Positions 39,621-49,358 are shown, counted from the stretch's first letter. The stretch is DNA of 60,829 nt from an uncultured virus (IMG/VR IMGVR_UViG_3300033064_004648) (IMGVR_UViG_3300033064_004648:62001-122829), one strand, 5' to 3'. Notes: a model not told the origin generated them from the sequence alone. Made by a program: numbers and translations.

Positions 39621-40007
39621 TTAAAATACTATCCAGCTAACTACGTCGCCTGCATCAATAGCGCTCCAGCTTCCAGTAGTTGTTGGAGTAACTGTGAGGT
39701 TACTGCCACCTGCGCTATTTGCGACATGAGACGTCATGGTTGAACCAGTTTGATAAACTTGTACGATAAAACCAGCAATACCAGTTGTTCCCGTCAAGAT
39801 TTCAATAGAACTTCCGTCTGCGTCTGCCAATGTTGCCGTATAGCTACCACTTGTATATTCTGCCTCCAAAACAATTATTGAAGCGCTATTGGCTAAACTT
39901 ATAGCCTGCATTTCATCAATTTGCGTCCCTAGCCCCGCTCTTTGGGAAGCCACATTCATACCGTCAATTTGTGATGCTTCTGCTGGGGTTATGTCATCAT
40001 ATGCCAT
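39621..40007 (-). CDS. putative head fibre/decoration protein (paralogue of 40085..40720)
   Basis: Shares QI..MN.ASQRA..G..I and L.D.D.SSI...TGT..IAG..V.V.Q.GS...TPTTTGSWS....GD.V.W.VF with its neighbour. Confidence 0.6.
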   Translation of the reverse strand: MAYDDITPAEASQIDGMNVASQRAGLGTQIDEMQAISLANSASIIVLEAEYTSGSYTATLADADGSSIEILTGTTGIAGFIVQVYQTGSTMTSHVANSAGGSNLTVTPTTTGSWSAIDAGDVVSWIVF

Positions 40008-40084
40008 AATTTATTCCTCCTTATTTTTTATATATGTATTTTTAATTAAGAATTCTTTGAATCCTTACTTGTTGTCTTAATTTT

Positions 40085-40720
40085 TTAGAAAACCATCCAA
40101 TTAACTAGATCTCCCACTGCAACCACACTCCAACTTCCTGTGGTTGTTGGAGTAATAGTCAATTCACTCCCACTAGCTACAACATTATAAACTAGGTTAG
40201 AGCCTGATTGAAAGACGTCCACTAGATATCCAGCAATGCTACTTGTTCCTGTCGCGACAGCAATTGAACTTGCATCTACGTCCGCTAAAACGGCAGCATA
40301 GCTTCCGGTTACGACAGACAACGCTTCTAATGCTGTAATCGAACCGCTATTCCAAGATATTAAGGTGTCCTGTGCGGAACCAGTGCTCTCTATTTGCACA
40401 ATTGAACCTTGGATATAGGTGATCAAATTGTCTTGCGCGGAACCAGCAGTTTCAACAGCTACGATTGAGCCGCTATTCCAAACCACCTGGTCGTTTAACA
40501 AAGAACCAGCAGTTTCAACAGCTACGATCGAGCCACTATTCCAAACCACCTGATCATCTCTTGACGAACCAGAAACCGATATCGCTATAATTGAAGCACT
40601 GTTTATTGCAATTTCGTTTTGGTTATCCTGAATTACATTCCCCATGTCTGCTCTTTGGGACGCTTCATTCATATTGTTGATTTGCACTACTTCTGCATCG
40701 GTTAATGGGTATGTCGCCAT
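40085..40720 (-). CDS. putative head fibre/decoration protein with 21-aa repeats
   Basis: DQVVWNSGSIVAVETAGS repeats; located between portal and protease. Confidence 0.6.
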   Translation of the reverse strand: MATYPLTDAEVVQINNMNEASQRADMGNVIQDNQNEIAINSASIIAISVSGSSRDDQVVWNSGSIVAVETAGSLLNDQVVWNSGSIVAVETAGSAQDNLITYIQGSIVQIESTGSAQDTLISWNSGSITALEALSVVTGSYAAVLADVDASSIAVATGTSSIAGYLVDVFQSGSNLVYNVVASGSELTITPTTTGSWSVVAVGDLVNWMVF

Positions 40721-40832
40721 AATTTATTCCTCCTTACTAACAAATATACGTTATTATCTAAAAACTTTTCTGTCCTATGATATATCTCTCAAAGTATATT
40801 GTTCAGTTTTTATTTATTATAACCTTTCCTCT

Positions 40833-42425
40833 TTATTTTTTTCCACCTTTATCAATATTTGAAGCACTATCTTGTGTATCTGTTGATTTAATTTCACTAT
40901 CAGATTTCTGTGGTCTTCCATTATCTTTTCCACTAAGTTGTGCTCCTGGCGTTACTGGAGTCAAGTTATCAACAAATTTGTTTGCCCTTGCCTCATCAAG
41001 TTGTCGTTGAAAATTAAAAGGCGACATCCCAATGCTTGCGGCTATCTTTTGTGGTAAAACAATTCCTTGTCCTATCAACGCCATTTGGTCATTGAATCGC
41101 TGTTGGCGATTTAAGTAAAAATTGGTTCCTTCAAAATGAAATTTAAATTCAAAATGTTTAGTTTCTTTATTGACGTGATAATTTAAAAATTTCTCAAAAT
41201 CTGGATAAAGTGCAATCAACTGATTTTCATCAACATTAAGTGCTAATTGAGATTCAATTGCATTTTGTTTTACATCCGAAGTAAACAAAAGATTTGTATT
41301 TACTCCAGAGGACGCCAAAGTAGTTTTTATATAAGAACTATATAGTTCATTATCGGATTCAAAATCTATTCCTTTTATATTTGTCAATGGTACAGCGGCA
41401 GTTTTTATAGCAGACCCAATTGCAGCTTTCACTAAAGCTAGAAATTGTCCCAAGTTTTTGGCAGAAATACCAAACTGATCTTTAGTTGAAGCTTGCGTAG
41501 TTTTATTTAATAAGGGGATTTCTCCAATTATTAATTTTGCCGCCTCAGCCATATTTACGCTTTTTTGTAATGCCCTCATTGTAGGCTGTTGAATTAGATC
41601 TAAAAATAGTCCAGTATATAATGGCAGTCTTGTTGCCATAGATACATTCATTTTCCACGCCCATCCTTCTTCGGGCGGAATATCTTGCCAATCCATATAA
41701 GAACTACGTCCGCGATAAATTGGATTGACGGGTGGATTGTATGAAGTTTGTAGTTTTCTCTCGTTATGTTTTCTCTTAAAAAATGGTGGATAAAAATCTA
41801 TATCAACACCTTGTTGCATAAACCAATTCATATTAAATGAAAATAATAACCCATAATCCCATCTTCCGGTTATTAATGTCCAATCGACCGAATTAGGCAA
41901 CTCTTGTAAAACATATTGATCGCCTTCAAGTCTTGGCGTACAGAAAAATGTATCATTTCTAATCATTTCTTGTACGGCAATTTTGAACTCTCTACGATAA
42001 TCAAATTTATCTAAAAATTCTTTTACTTTATCTAAGTCTTTTTTATATTTTGGGGTAGTATAATCTTTATATTTTGCATTTATGCAGTCATAAGTTAAAT
42101 CAAACGCCAATATGTTACTCTGATATTCCAAGAGGGTCTTGTACACCTGTGAATTAATTTCAAAATCTTGTGAAATCTGTTGTAATTTTAATTCACTGGT
42201 TTTCGGACTGTTTAAAGCTTTTATTAAATCTGCTTCTGTAGTTTGAAAAGGATTTAATGTAATGTCCTGCATTCTTGCATTTATCATTTGGGGAGATAAA
42301 TACTGTTGTCCTATTGGCCCCATAAGATTTTGGGCAAATTCTAGGACATACTTTGTATTTTCTTCAGATATAAGAATTTCTCCATCGGAGCCACTATCTT
42401 CCTGTATTTTTTCATTTTCTTTCAA
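40833..42425 (-). CDS. portal protein
   Basis: 530 aa after the terminase; LQELP..., F.FNM.WF, C-terminal GRPQK.DSE. Confidence 0.8.
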   Translation of the reverse strand: MKENEKIQEDSGSDGEILISEENTKYVLEFAQNLMGPIGQQYLSPQMINARMQDITLNPFQTTEADLIKALNSPKTSELKLQQISQDFEINSQVYKTLLEYQSNILAFDLTYDCINAKYKDYTTPKYKKDLDKVKEFLDKFDYRREFKIAVQEMIRNDTFFCTPRLEGDQYVLQELPNSVDWTLITGRWDYGLLFSFNMNWFMQQGVDIDFYPPFFKRKHNERKLQTSYNPPVNPIYRGRSSYMDWQDIPPEEGWAWKMNVSMATRLPLYTGLFLDLIQQPTMRALQKSVNMAEAAKLIIGEIPLLNKTTQASTKDQFGISAKNLGQFLALVKAAIGSAIKTAAVPLTNIKGIDFESDNELYSSYIKTTLASSGVNTNLLFTSDVKQNAIESQLALNVDENQLIALYPDFEKFLNYHVNKETKHFEFKFHFEGTNFYLNRQQRFNDQMALIGQGIVLPQKIAASIGMSPFNFQRQLDEARANKFVDNLTPVTPGAQLSGKDNGRPQKSDSEIKSTDTQDSASNIDKGGKK

Positions 42426-42437
42426 GGTAATCTCCTT

Positions 42438-43586
42438 CTATGAGAAATTTTTATTTAAATTTAATTTTTTTTCTAAAATTGATTCTATATTGTTAAAATC
42501 CCAATATGGAATTGCTATTAATTTGATGTTATTTTTTTTACAGTAATCTTCTTTCATCTTATCTCTATATTTTTGTAACTCAAAAATTTCTTTACCTCCG
42601 AAAAACTCTATAGGTTCATAATGTTGTTTGCCATTATATTCTAATAAAAATTTTAATTTTTTACAGTCATTAAAAACCCCAAAATCATATTTTAACATAC
42701 GATTGTTTTTAGTTCTAAGATTATCAAAACTATATTGAAATATATAATTAGTATCATTATTTTTCAACCAATTATCAATACGACATTCACCACCGGACAT
42801 AATACAAAACCTACAGGCACTTCCATTGAACCTATTAAGACAACTCGATAAATATGATCTTCCACAAAAATTGCATATCCAATAAAATTTCTTTTTCGTA
42901 CCGTACACAACATCCGTTGGTTTTAAAGGATAATTTTTTGAATAATCCCATTCTAATGCCAAATCAGGTCTTAGGTATGCTAAATTATTTTTAGAAGAAA
43001 CTCTTTTCCCATTACGGTAAGGGCAACTTTGTCCTCCAAATATAACCATCCAACTAGAATTCCATGTACAACCACATTCTTTACAACGAAAAACGAGAGA
43101 ACTATCTATGGCGTTCTTAAAAACTCCTTCAACAAAACTAAAATCTTTATGTTGTTTTTCTATCCATAATTTAATATTATCTATAGTAAAAATGTTTGTG
43201 CCAGAAAACCGATCGGGAGTGCCTCCCTTTGAAAATGTTGCAAATGTGGTCACATATTTATACCCGTTTTTATCTATTAAATATATCTTTTTTGTATTTC
43301 CTTCGTACTGATCGTTCAACAATAAAAATTTTCTACCTTCAACAATACTTTTGACATATTTTAAACTATGTCTTCTTTTCAATCCATTTTTTGCAAAAGA
43401 ACATTTATTACAAAATACTTTTTTAATTTTTTTAAAATTCGGAAAAGTAATAAAATAAGATTCTCCACAATTCTTACATCTTAGTTCTATTTTTTCATTT
43501 GAATTTATATATACTTTACTTAATAACTTTACATCAAAACTTTCAACGTAATTTTTTACAAAATCATAAGACAATTTTTTACCCAT
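42438..43586 (-). CDS. Zn-ribbon plus PD-(D/E)xK (Vsr/DUF559-like) endonuclease
   Basis: CxxC repeats, PDLA.EWDYSKN, S.GE..I..WL, YDF, EYNG.QHY.P..FFGG, RD..K..YC; likely start is the ATG at 43586. Confidence 0.8.
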   Translation of the reverse strand: MGKKLSYDFVKNYVESFDVKLLSKVYINSNEKIELRCKNCGESYFITFPNFKKIKKVFCNKCSFAKNGLKRRHSLKYVKSIVEGRKFLLLNDQYEGNTKKIYLIDKNGYKYVTTFATFSKGGTPDRFSGTNIFTIDNIKLWIEKQHKDFSFVEGVFKNAIDSSLVFRCKECGCTWNSSWMVIFGGQSCPYRNGKRVSSKNNLAYLRPDLALEWDYSKNYPLKPTDVVYGTKKKFYWICNFCGRSYLSSCLNRFNGSACRFCIMSGGECRIDNWLKNNDTNYIFQYSFDNLRTKNNRMLKYDFGVFNDCKKLKFLLEYNGKQHYEPIEFFGGKEIFELQKYRDKMKEDYCKKNNIKLIAIPYWDFNNIESILEKKLNLNKNFS

Positions 43587-43711
43587 ATTCTTCAATATTC
43601 CTTTCACAATATTGTTTTTCGATTATATTAAAAATGGATGAAAATAGTCGAAAGCCTACTTTTTAATTATTATAAGAGTTGCAACTCTAATAAAAATCTA
43701 TTCATCCATTT
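43587..43711 (-). ncRNA. endonuclease-leader structured RNA, copy 5
   Basis: P1 AAAUGGAUGA/UCAUCCAUUU; long P2 (AGAGUU-GC-AACUCU); P3 AAAGUAG-GCUUUCGA-CUAUUUU; loop UUUCGA pairs downstream UCGAAA. Confidence 0.65.
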
Positions 43712-43720
43712 GTAACCAAT

Positions 43721-45538
43721 TTATACAGATTGTACTAAAGACATCATTTCTGCCGTTGAATCATAAGTATCTTCCTTAAGAAGTTCTTGATCTAATATTG
43801 AAGCATAATATGTCCCATATAATAAACTACTAAATCTATCTTTTCGACTTCCTGGTATTTCTGTTAGTTTAATGTTTCCTATACTCACAGACATTGATAA
43901 GTTAATACATTCATTAATAAGTAATGAAGTTTGTACGTATGGTGCTAAAAAAAAACTTTTTGCTGTTGGGTCATTTTGACTAAGAAATTCTTTTTTATAC
44001 GAGGACTTTATTAGATAATCGTCGGCAGACATTTCATCTACTAAGAAACTAAACATTCTTTTTTGAAGTTTATCCCTCATTTGTACCGCCATAATCGAAT
44101 TTAATTTAGCGGTTGCAGAAATAGGATATATGTTTTGTACCGCCCCTACTCCTAAAGTACGTTTAGATAATTCTTCATAATTATCATTGCTAATAGTTGC
44201 ATCTGGAATAATCGTCCATGCAGGCCATTCTGCCCCACTATCCGAATCAATAGTAATTTGACCTAGTTGATCATACATAGGAAGTCCACCACCACCAGTA
44301 CCAACATCTAATACTAATACATCGGCATCAAAAGCATAATATAATTGCTTAATTCTTGCGCTCTGCGAAATTGAATCTACGCCAGAGAAAGTCTCCATAT
44401 ATACCAAGTCTATTGTGTATCCCTTGCGAGTAGGGGATAGTCTTAAACAACTTGTTGCAGACAGGTCGTTGCTTTTGCCGGCTTTTTGAGCAACGTCACA
44501 AGATATAAGCCTTATTTCACCATCCTTTTTTTTGATAGCATAAGGATTTTTTTTAAAATTATATGTTTCCATTCTCTGAGGATAAAATGCCTTCTTTATT
44601 GTTCTCGCTCTATCAAACATCTTTAATTTAAAATAAGCATCAGAATTTTCGCCATATGGAATGTTAAAATATTCTTCTTGGGCTGTTATTTCGTCCATTT
44701 TAGATATTTCGTTTCTAATTTGCCTTGCTGTTTTAATATGATGTCTGATAGACACAGCAAAATCTATGGCGATAAATCCAGCATTGTCACCTTTCAACAT
44801 TGCTATAATATTCTTTTTTGTTTCGTCGAACCACCAAAGAAACTTCCTGTAGGCACTGGAGATAAAAATCTCTTTTGGTTCTTCTCCTAGGTGTTCATAT
44901 TTAGGATTTTTTAAATATGGGGCCTGTCTTATGTAAGCGAATGGTCTAATAACTGCATCTAAAACTTTCTTATCAATTAATCTGAATTCTTCGTATAAAA
45001 TAAAAGTAGCTCGCTTGCCTCTGCTTGAATCACGGCTAGCCACAATTTTTATTACACTTCCATTATAAAAATCCACTTGCCATTTGTTCATGTTCTCTGT
45101 AAGTTTTTTAATTTCTCTTGCAAGATTAGGATAATCGTTGCGAAGACTTGTAATTTTGTCACTAACAATAATTCCCGCTTGTTGTTTTGTGCTACTAACA
45201 ACAACTATTTCACTGTTTGGATATAAAACTGCTTTCGCACAAACAAAAACACCTACCAACCATGTTTTCCCTGTGGCACGACTACAAATTGCTACAAATG
45301 AATCACTAACATTCATAAGATAAACAAGCAGTATTTGATAAGGATGTAATTTTATACCGAAATAATGTTCAATAAATCTATGCATATTTCGACGATAAAA
45401 AGTTATCCAATCAATTAATTTATCTCTTCTTATCTTGCTCATATCGACTTCTCTTATGGTCGAAATGGGTTTTTTGAAAATATCTTGTCCTTCTGAATTT
45501 CTTTGTTTTTGGTTTTTAAAATTTTTATAAGAAGGCAT
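43721..45538 (-). CDS. terminase large subunit
   Basis: LHPYQ, Walker A SRATGKT, RGKRA, Walker B ILYEEFR, nuclease ISCDVA..ND, KDRFSS..Y. Confidence 0.9.
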   Translation of the reverse strand: MPSYKNFKNQKQRNSEGQDIFKKPISTIREVDMSKIRRDKLIDWITFYRRNMHRFIEHYFGIKLHPYQILLVYLMNVSDSFVAICSRATGKTWLVGVFVCAKAVLYPNSEIVVVSSTKQQAGIIVSDKITSLRNDYPNLAREIKKLTENMNKWQVDFYNGSVIKIVASRDSSRGKRATFILYEEFRLIDKKVLDAVIRPFAYIRQAPYLKNPKYEHLGEEPKEIFISSAYRKFLWWFDETKKNIIAMLKGDNAGFIAIDFAVSIRHHIKTARQIRNEISKMDEITAQEEYFNIPYGENSDAYFKLKMFDRARTIKKAFYPQRMETYNFKKNPYAIKKKDGEIRLISCDVAQKAGKSNDLSATSCLRLSPTRKGYTIDLVYMETFSGVDSISQSARIKQLYYAFDADVLVLDVGTGGGGLPMYDQLGQITIDSDSGAEWPAWTIIPDATISNDNYEELSKRTLGVGAVQNIYPISATAKLNSIMAVQMRDKLQKRMFSFLVDEMSADDYLIKSSYKKEFLSQNDPTAKSFFLAPYVQTSLLINECINLSMSVSIGNIKLTEIPGSRKDRFSSLLYGTYYASILDQELLKEDTYDSTAEMMSLVQSV

Positions 45539-45541
45539 ATT

Positions 45542-46483
45542 TTATTCTCCTTCATTTATTTCTTCAGCCATTCCAATTGATTCTAATTCGGAAGTATTAA
45601 AATCGCGAGAACCAGTAATAAAATTGCGAATAGATCTAATAATGTCTTTTCGGTCTTCCTCTATTCCATCTATATCGTGATATTTTGTTTGGTCTTGCCA
45701 CCATTCAGCGGGAGTTTTGTTTTCAATATCTTTTATCCACACACCAAATGCATCGGCAAATTTATTTGAGTCGGCTGCATTTTGTAATGCAGGAGTAAGC
45801 GCACTGTTTTTCATAATTTCTTGTAATTGTTTTACTAAATTACTTGTAGACCCTCCCGTTATTCTTTCTTTGCGGATCTCGTTTTGTTTGTGACAAATTT
45901 CTCTTACGAGAACGATTTCACTCTGAGTATTACATTTAGTAGTTCTCTTCCATTTAGAAAATTCTCGCTCCAGATATTTATAATCATCTATGTTTAAATT
46001 ATCGCCTTCCCCCCAACTATCTTCATAATATTCTTTGTCTGGAATTATTTCGGTAGACAAGGATTCGATAACTTTTTTAGTCGGTTCAACAAAAGTCAAG
46101 TCTTCGTCTGTATTTCTTTTTCCGATTTGTGAATGCTGTAAAGCCCCTAGTTTAGATTTGTAGGTGCCAAAAATACTCTTTACTTTAGTGCCGCGTTCTT
46201 CATATGTTTGTATATGTTTTTTTGTTGATTCTATTGCCTCTTCGTCATATCGAACATTCAATAGTCGACACATTCGCAATAAAGTTTTTTCCATTGTTTT
46301 TTCAACAACAAAAAACGATACATACATATTATTTATACAATCTTTGCACACCGACATTAAATTGTTTTTGTCCAAGAAAAAATCGGTCGCTTTGTAGAAG
46401 TATATTATTGGTTTATTTTTCATACATTTACGACAATAGTTTTTAGGTTTGTCTACTTTTTTTATTCTTTTGGAAATCGCCAT
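45542..46483 (-). CDS. Zn-finger protein preceding the terminase (possible small terminase)
   Basis: CRKC...FY...CKDC; FGVWIKDIE..TPAE; SPbeta-like synteny. Confidence 0.6.
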   Translation of the reverse strand: MAISKRIKKVDKPKNYCRKCMKNKPIIYFYKATDFFLDKNNLMSVCKDCINNMYVSFFVVEKTMEKTLLRMCRLLNVRYDEEAIESTKKHIQTYEERGTKVKSIFGTYKSKLGALQHSQIGKRNTDEDLTFVEPTKKVIESLSTEIIPDKEYYEDSWGEGDNLNIDDYKYLEREFSKWKRTTKCNTQSEIVLVREICHKQNEIRKERITGGSTSNLVKQLQEIMKNSALTPALQNAADSNKFADAFGVWIKDIENKTPAEWWQDQTKYHDIDGIEEDRKDIIRSIRNFITGSRDFNTSELESIGMAEEINEGE

Positions 46484-46501
46484 AGAACCTCTTTTAAATT
46501 A

Positions 46502-46528
46502 AAAAAGACTATAAAAATATAGTCTTTT
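46502..46528 (-). terminator. intrinsic terminator-like hairpin
   Basis: AAAAAGACTATA-AAAA-TATAGTCTTTT. Confidence 0.6.
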
Positions 46529-46554
46529 GATAATGTGATAATTAGTTTTTTTAT

Positions 46555-47343
46555 TTAAATGTCGTAGATTTCGTTGTACCATCCGTTTTTGACTTTATAG
46601 ACGGTGGTTTTCCCAACATTCACCTCTTTTAATATTTTTGTTACGGATAAACCTTTACTTAATAATTTTGAAATATCTAAAATAACTTCTTTTTTTATAA
46701 GTTTCACTTCAGACATTTTTTCAAGTGTTTCTTCTGTATGGTGTTTCCCATACAGGGGGTTATTCACGCCCTTTTGTGCTTCGGACATTCTTTCAATTGT
46801 TTCTGGCGTGTGATGTCTTCCATACATAGGATGATTTTCCCCACCATTATCCCAATGATTTTCGGACATCTTCTTGCATGATTCTGGCGCGTGATGTCTT
46901 CCATAATTAGGGTTGTCTTTTCCTTTTTTCCCGTACATCGGATGATTTTCGCCACTAATATCCGCATGGTTTTCAGATATTTTTCTACACGTTTCTTCAG
47001 TCATAGGCGATCTATTTTTAGCGGATTCCGACATTTTCTCACGTGTTTCTGGCGTATGGATAAGCCCAGAAAAACCGCTTTTGCCACCCTCGCTAAGGTT
47101 ATATCCAACATCTGGATTAGTAGAATCATAGAATTCTATCCAATAAATTTCTCTCTCACATAAATAATCATGATCGGTGATGCCGTCTTCTAAAGTTATT
47201 CTGCTAAAATTTTCTTTACCGTATTTCTTGATCGCTCGCCCGACATATGTGCCAGATCCGAGATAAGTTAATTTGTTCTCGTTAACTAATTTCCCCACGT
47301 AAACTTTATTTTTTATATTATTAGTCGTCAAATATATTATCAT
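46555..47343 (-). CDS. GIY-YIG (Seg-like) homing endonuclease, NUMOD3 repeats and HTH
   Basis: IIYLTTNNIKNKVYVGK, YLGSG, EREIYWI; GENHPMYG repeats. Confidence 0.9.
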   Translation of the reverse strand: MIIYLTTNNIKNKVYVGKLVNENKLTYLGSGTYVGRAIKKYGKENFSRITLEDGITDHDYLCEREIYWIEFYDSTNPDVGYNLSEGGKSGFSGLIHTPETREKMSESAKNRSPMTEETCRKISENHADISGENHPMYGKKGKDNPNYGRHHAPESCKKMSENHWDNGGENHPMYGRHHTPETIERMSEAQKGVNNPLYGKHHTEETLEKMSEVKLIKKEVILDISKLLSKGLSVTKILKEVNVGKTTVYKVKNGWYNEIYDI

Positions 47344-47430
47344 TTCTCTCCATACTCCATTAAATAAAAAGAATGGGAAAAAGGAGTCTTTTTTATCGGG
47401 TCGGTGATCATTCCGTTCCTATCCCATTCT
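47344..47430 (-). ncRNA. endonuclease-leader structured RNA, copy 6
   Basis: P1 AGAAUGGGA/UCCCAUUCU; UAGG..CCGAU; P3 AAAAAG-ACUC-CUUUUU; downstream UGGAGU and UGGAGA. Confidence 0.68.
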
Positions 47431-47442
47431 AATTTAAACATT

Positions 47443-48396
47443 TTATTTACTGTTTACCAATAAACTTTTTCTCTTATCCTTACTTAGCAAATTTTCTTTC
47501 TTCCTTGAAACACACTGGCAGTTTTGACATCTCATTGTTTCTCTTTTACCAGCGGGAGTATAATAATATCCTTCGGATTTTAAATCAGTACTTCCACATA
47601 CGGGACACTGAAATTCATCTATTTCATTATATAGCGCAACATTAAAATTCCTCACATAAGGTCTAATTCGATAGAATAAATCTTCTGTAGCGTAAATATC
47701 ACCAATATTATAATCTAGCATTGTCTGTAACGATTCTTTATTTCCCTCGCTACATTTTTTCCAAAGCTCAAAACCATCATTTTCAGTTTTTTGCTTAATT
47801 CCTAATTTCTTGTTTATAAACTTTAATTTGTTACTCATAAAACGAAAATTCTGCCTTGCAACTTTCAAAGTATCAACTATCACAAACTTAAGTGGAGGTA
47901 AATCATGCATTAGAAATGAGGAGTTAATTATTTTATTATCAAAAGCATAAAAATTGTGTCCAACAACAACATCGCATTTACTAAGAAATTTCCAAATAGA
48001 TAAAGCTATTTTTTTATCATCTCTTTTTCTTGCCTCTTTAGAAGTCATAATATCTGAGAACATATCGTTTTCATTAAGATGTTTTCCTGCCCAACTTAAA
48101 AAACATGTATCATGAATTATTTGATCTACGGAAATATTCTGATCCCATAATCCCCAATGGTAAGATATTCCCGGCAAGGTTTCTATATCAACAACCCCTA
48201 CTCTAGGGCCACCATGGGTTCCCTTGTTATTGGTTTTGCCCAACATCCCTCGACTTTTTCGCTCATTTTTAAATGCCCATCGCAAGTTCTCACCACTTTT
48301 ATAGCCATGTTTCTTTGCAAGTTTCTCCCAAAACGGCTTTACTCCACCATTTATTTGTTTTTGTTTTTGGCAATCTAAAAATATGCTTTCCTTCAA
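47443..48396 (-). CDS. RNase H-like (DEDD) 3'-5' exonuclease with C-terminal Zn ribbon
   Basis: VVDIET, VGHN...FD, YN..DI; CPVCGS...CQNC; likely start is the TTG at 48396 after AGGAG. Confidence 0.82.
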   Translation of the reverse strand: MKESIFLDCQKQKQINGGVKPFWEKLAKKHGYKSGENLRWAFKNERKSRGMLGKTNNKGTHGGPRVGVVDIETLPGISYHWGLWDQNISVDQIIHDTCFLSWAGKHLNENDMFSDIMTSKEARKRDDKKIALSIWKFLSKCDVVVGHNFYAFDNKIINSSFLMHDLPPLKFVIVDTLKVARQNFRFMSNKLKFINKKLGIKQKTENDGFELWKKCSEGNKESLQTMLDYNIGDIYATEDLFYRIRPYVRNFNVALYNEIDEFQCPVCGSTDLKSEGYYYTPAGKRETMRCQNCQCVSRKKENLLSKDKRKSLLVNSK

Positions 48397-48437
48397 TGGT
48401 TTTCTCCTGATTTGTTGATTATATTGATAAAATACTT

Positions 48438-48575
48438 TTACTTTTGTAACTTTTTTCCGCATTTGTAACAAAATAAATTTGAATATCTGTTTTGTTCGCC
48501 ACAATTAGGGCATATTATTGTTTCTATGCCACTATTTTTGTCATAAGTTTTTGGGATTTCTTTTTCGTTTTGCAT
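48438..48575 (-). CDS. small Zn-ribbon protein
   Basis: CPNCG..N.....FC.KCG.KL; ATG at 48575 after AAAGGA. Confidence 0.65.
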   Translation of the reverse strand: MQNEKEIPKTYDKNSGIETIICPNCGEQNRYSNLFCYKCGKKLQK

Positions 48576-48602
48576 TGTTCCTTTTCTGTTTTTAAAAGCA
48601 AA

Positions 48603-48675
48603 AGCTTTGAGATGGGCTCGAACCATCAAGAATGGTTTACAAAACCATCGTTTTACCAATTAAAACTATCAAAGC
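48603..48675 (-). tRNA. tRNA-Thr(UGU), CCA not encoded
   Basis: Acceptor GCUUUGA/UCAAAGC; D arm GUUU/AAAC with UGG; anticodon arm AUGGU-UUUGUAA-ACCAU; T arm GAUGG-UUCGAGC-CCAUC. Confidence 0.85.
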
Positions 48676-48826
48676 ATATATAGTAAAGTTCTCTCTGGTT
48701 GTCCCTCTAAAAACGAGAGAACTCTACAAACGACTCGCCTGAATAATATAACTTGCTTCAATAAAATATATAATAATTTGCGAAGCAAAGGTTTTCCAGA
48801 CGTTTCGGGCACCCCCACAATAAATC

Positions 48827-49177
48827 TTATTCTTCTGTTGGTGGCGGAACAATAACTCGACTCTTAGGCTGATTAGCTTTCTTTTGTGAAGAAATATATT
48901 TATCTAATTTAGATGAAATATCAGATATAGATTTACTGTTCACAGATATCAAGCTAGAATATTTATCTTCTGAAGCTAATGCATTAACCTTATCTTCTAA
49001 TCCACCAATCAACTCTAAAATTCCATCTAATTCTTCTCGAAATGCATCTAAACTTCCAGAAACATCTCCGCCACTTGCATTGGATTCTATTTCTGCCAAT
49101 ATATTACCTAACCCTATTCTTTGTGTCGCAGAATTAATCCTATTTATAATGTCAATATATTCCTGTATTAATGTCAT
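48827..49177 (-). CDS. coiled-coil protein; N-terminus resembles those of 39621/40085
   Basis: IN.INSATQRIGLG..L resembles I..MN.ASQRAGLG..I. Confidence 0.6.
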   Translation of the reverse strand: MTLIQEYIDIINRINSATQRIGLGNILAEIESNASGGDVSGSLDAFREELDGILELIGGLEDKVNALASEDKYSSLISVNSKSISDISSKLDKYISSQKKANQPKSRVIVPPPTEE

Positions 49178-49229
49178 TTTATTTCCTTTTATTCAATTTT
49201 TATTCATTTTTTATTCAATTTCAATAAAG

Positions 49230-49258
49230 ATTATATCATACCTCTGTATTTTTGTCAA
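49230..49258 (-). promoter_or_regulatory. consensus sigma70 promoter overlapped by an 11-bp inverted repeat
   Basis: TTGACA-N17-TATAAT; TATATCATACC (49232-49242) / GGTATGATATA (49260-49270). Confidence 0.8.
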
Positions 49259-49358
49259 GGGTATGATATATATTGATTATAAATTATATTGTTACAACTT
49301 CATTAGCTTGTAGTCCTTTTTCTGTTTGTTCAATTATAAACTCTCCGCCAATAGTTTT

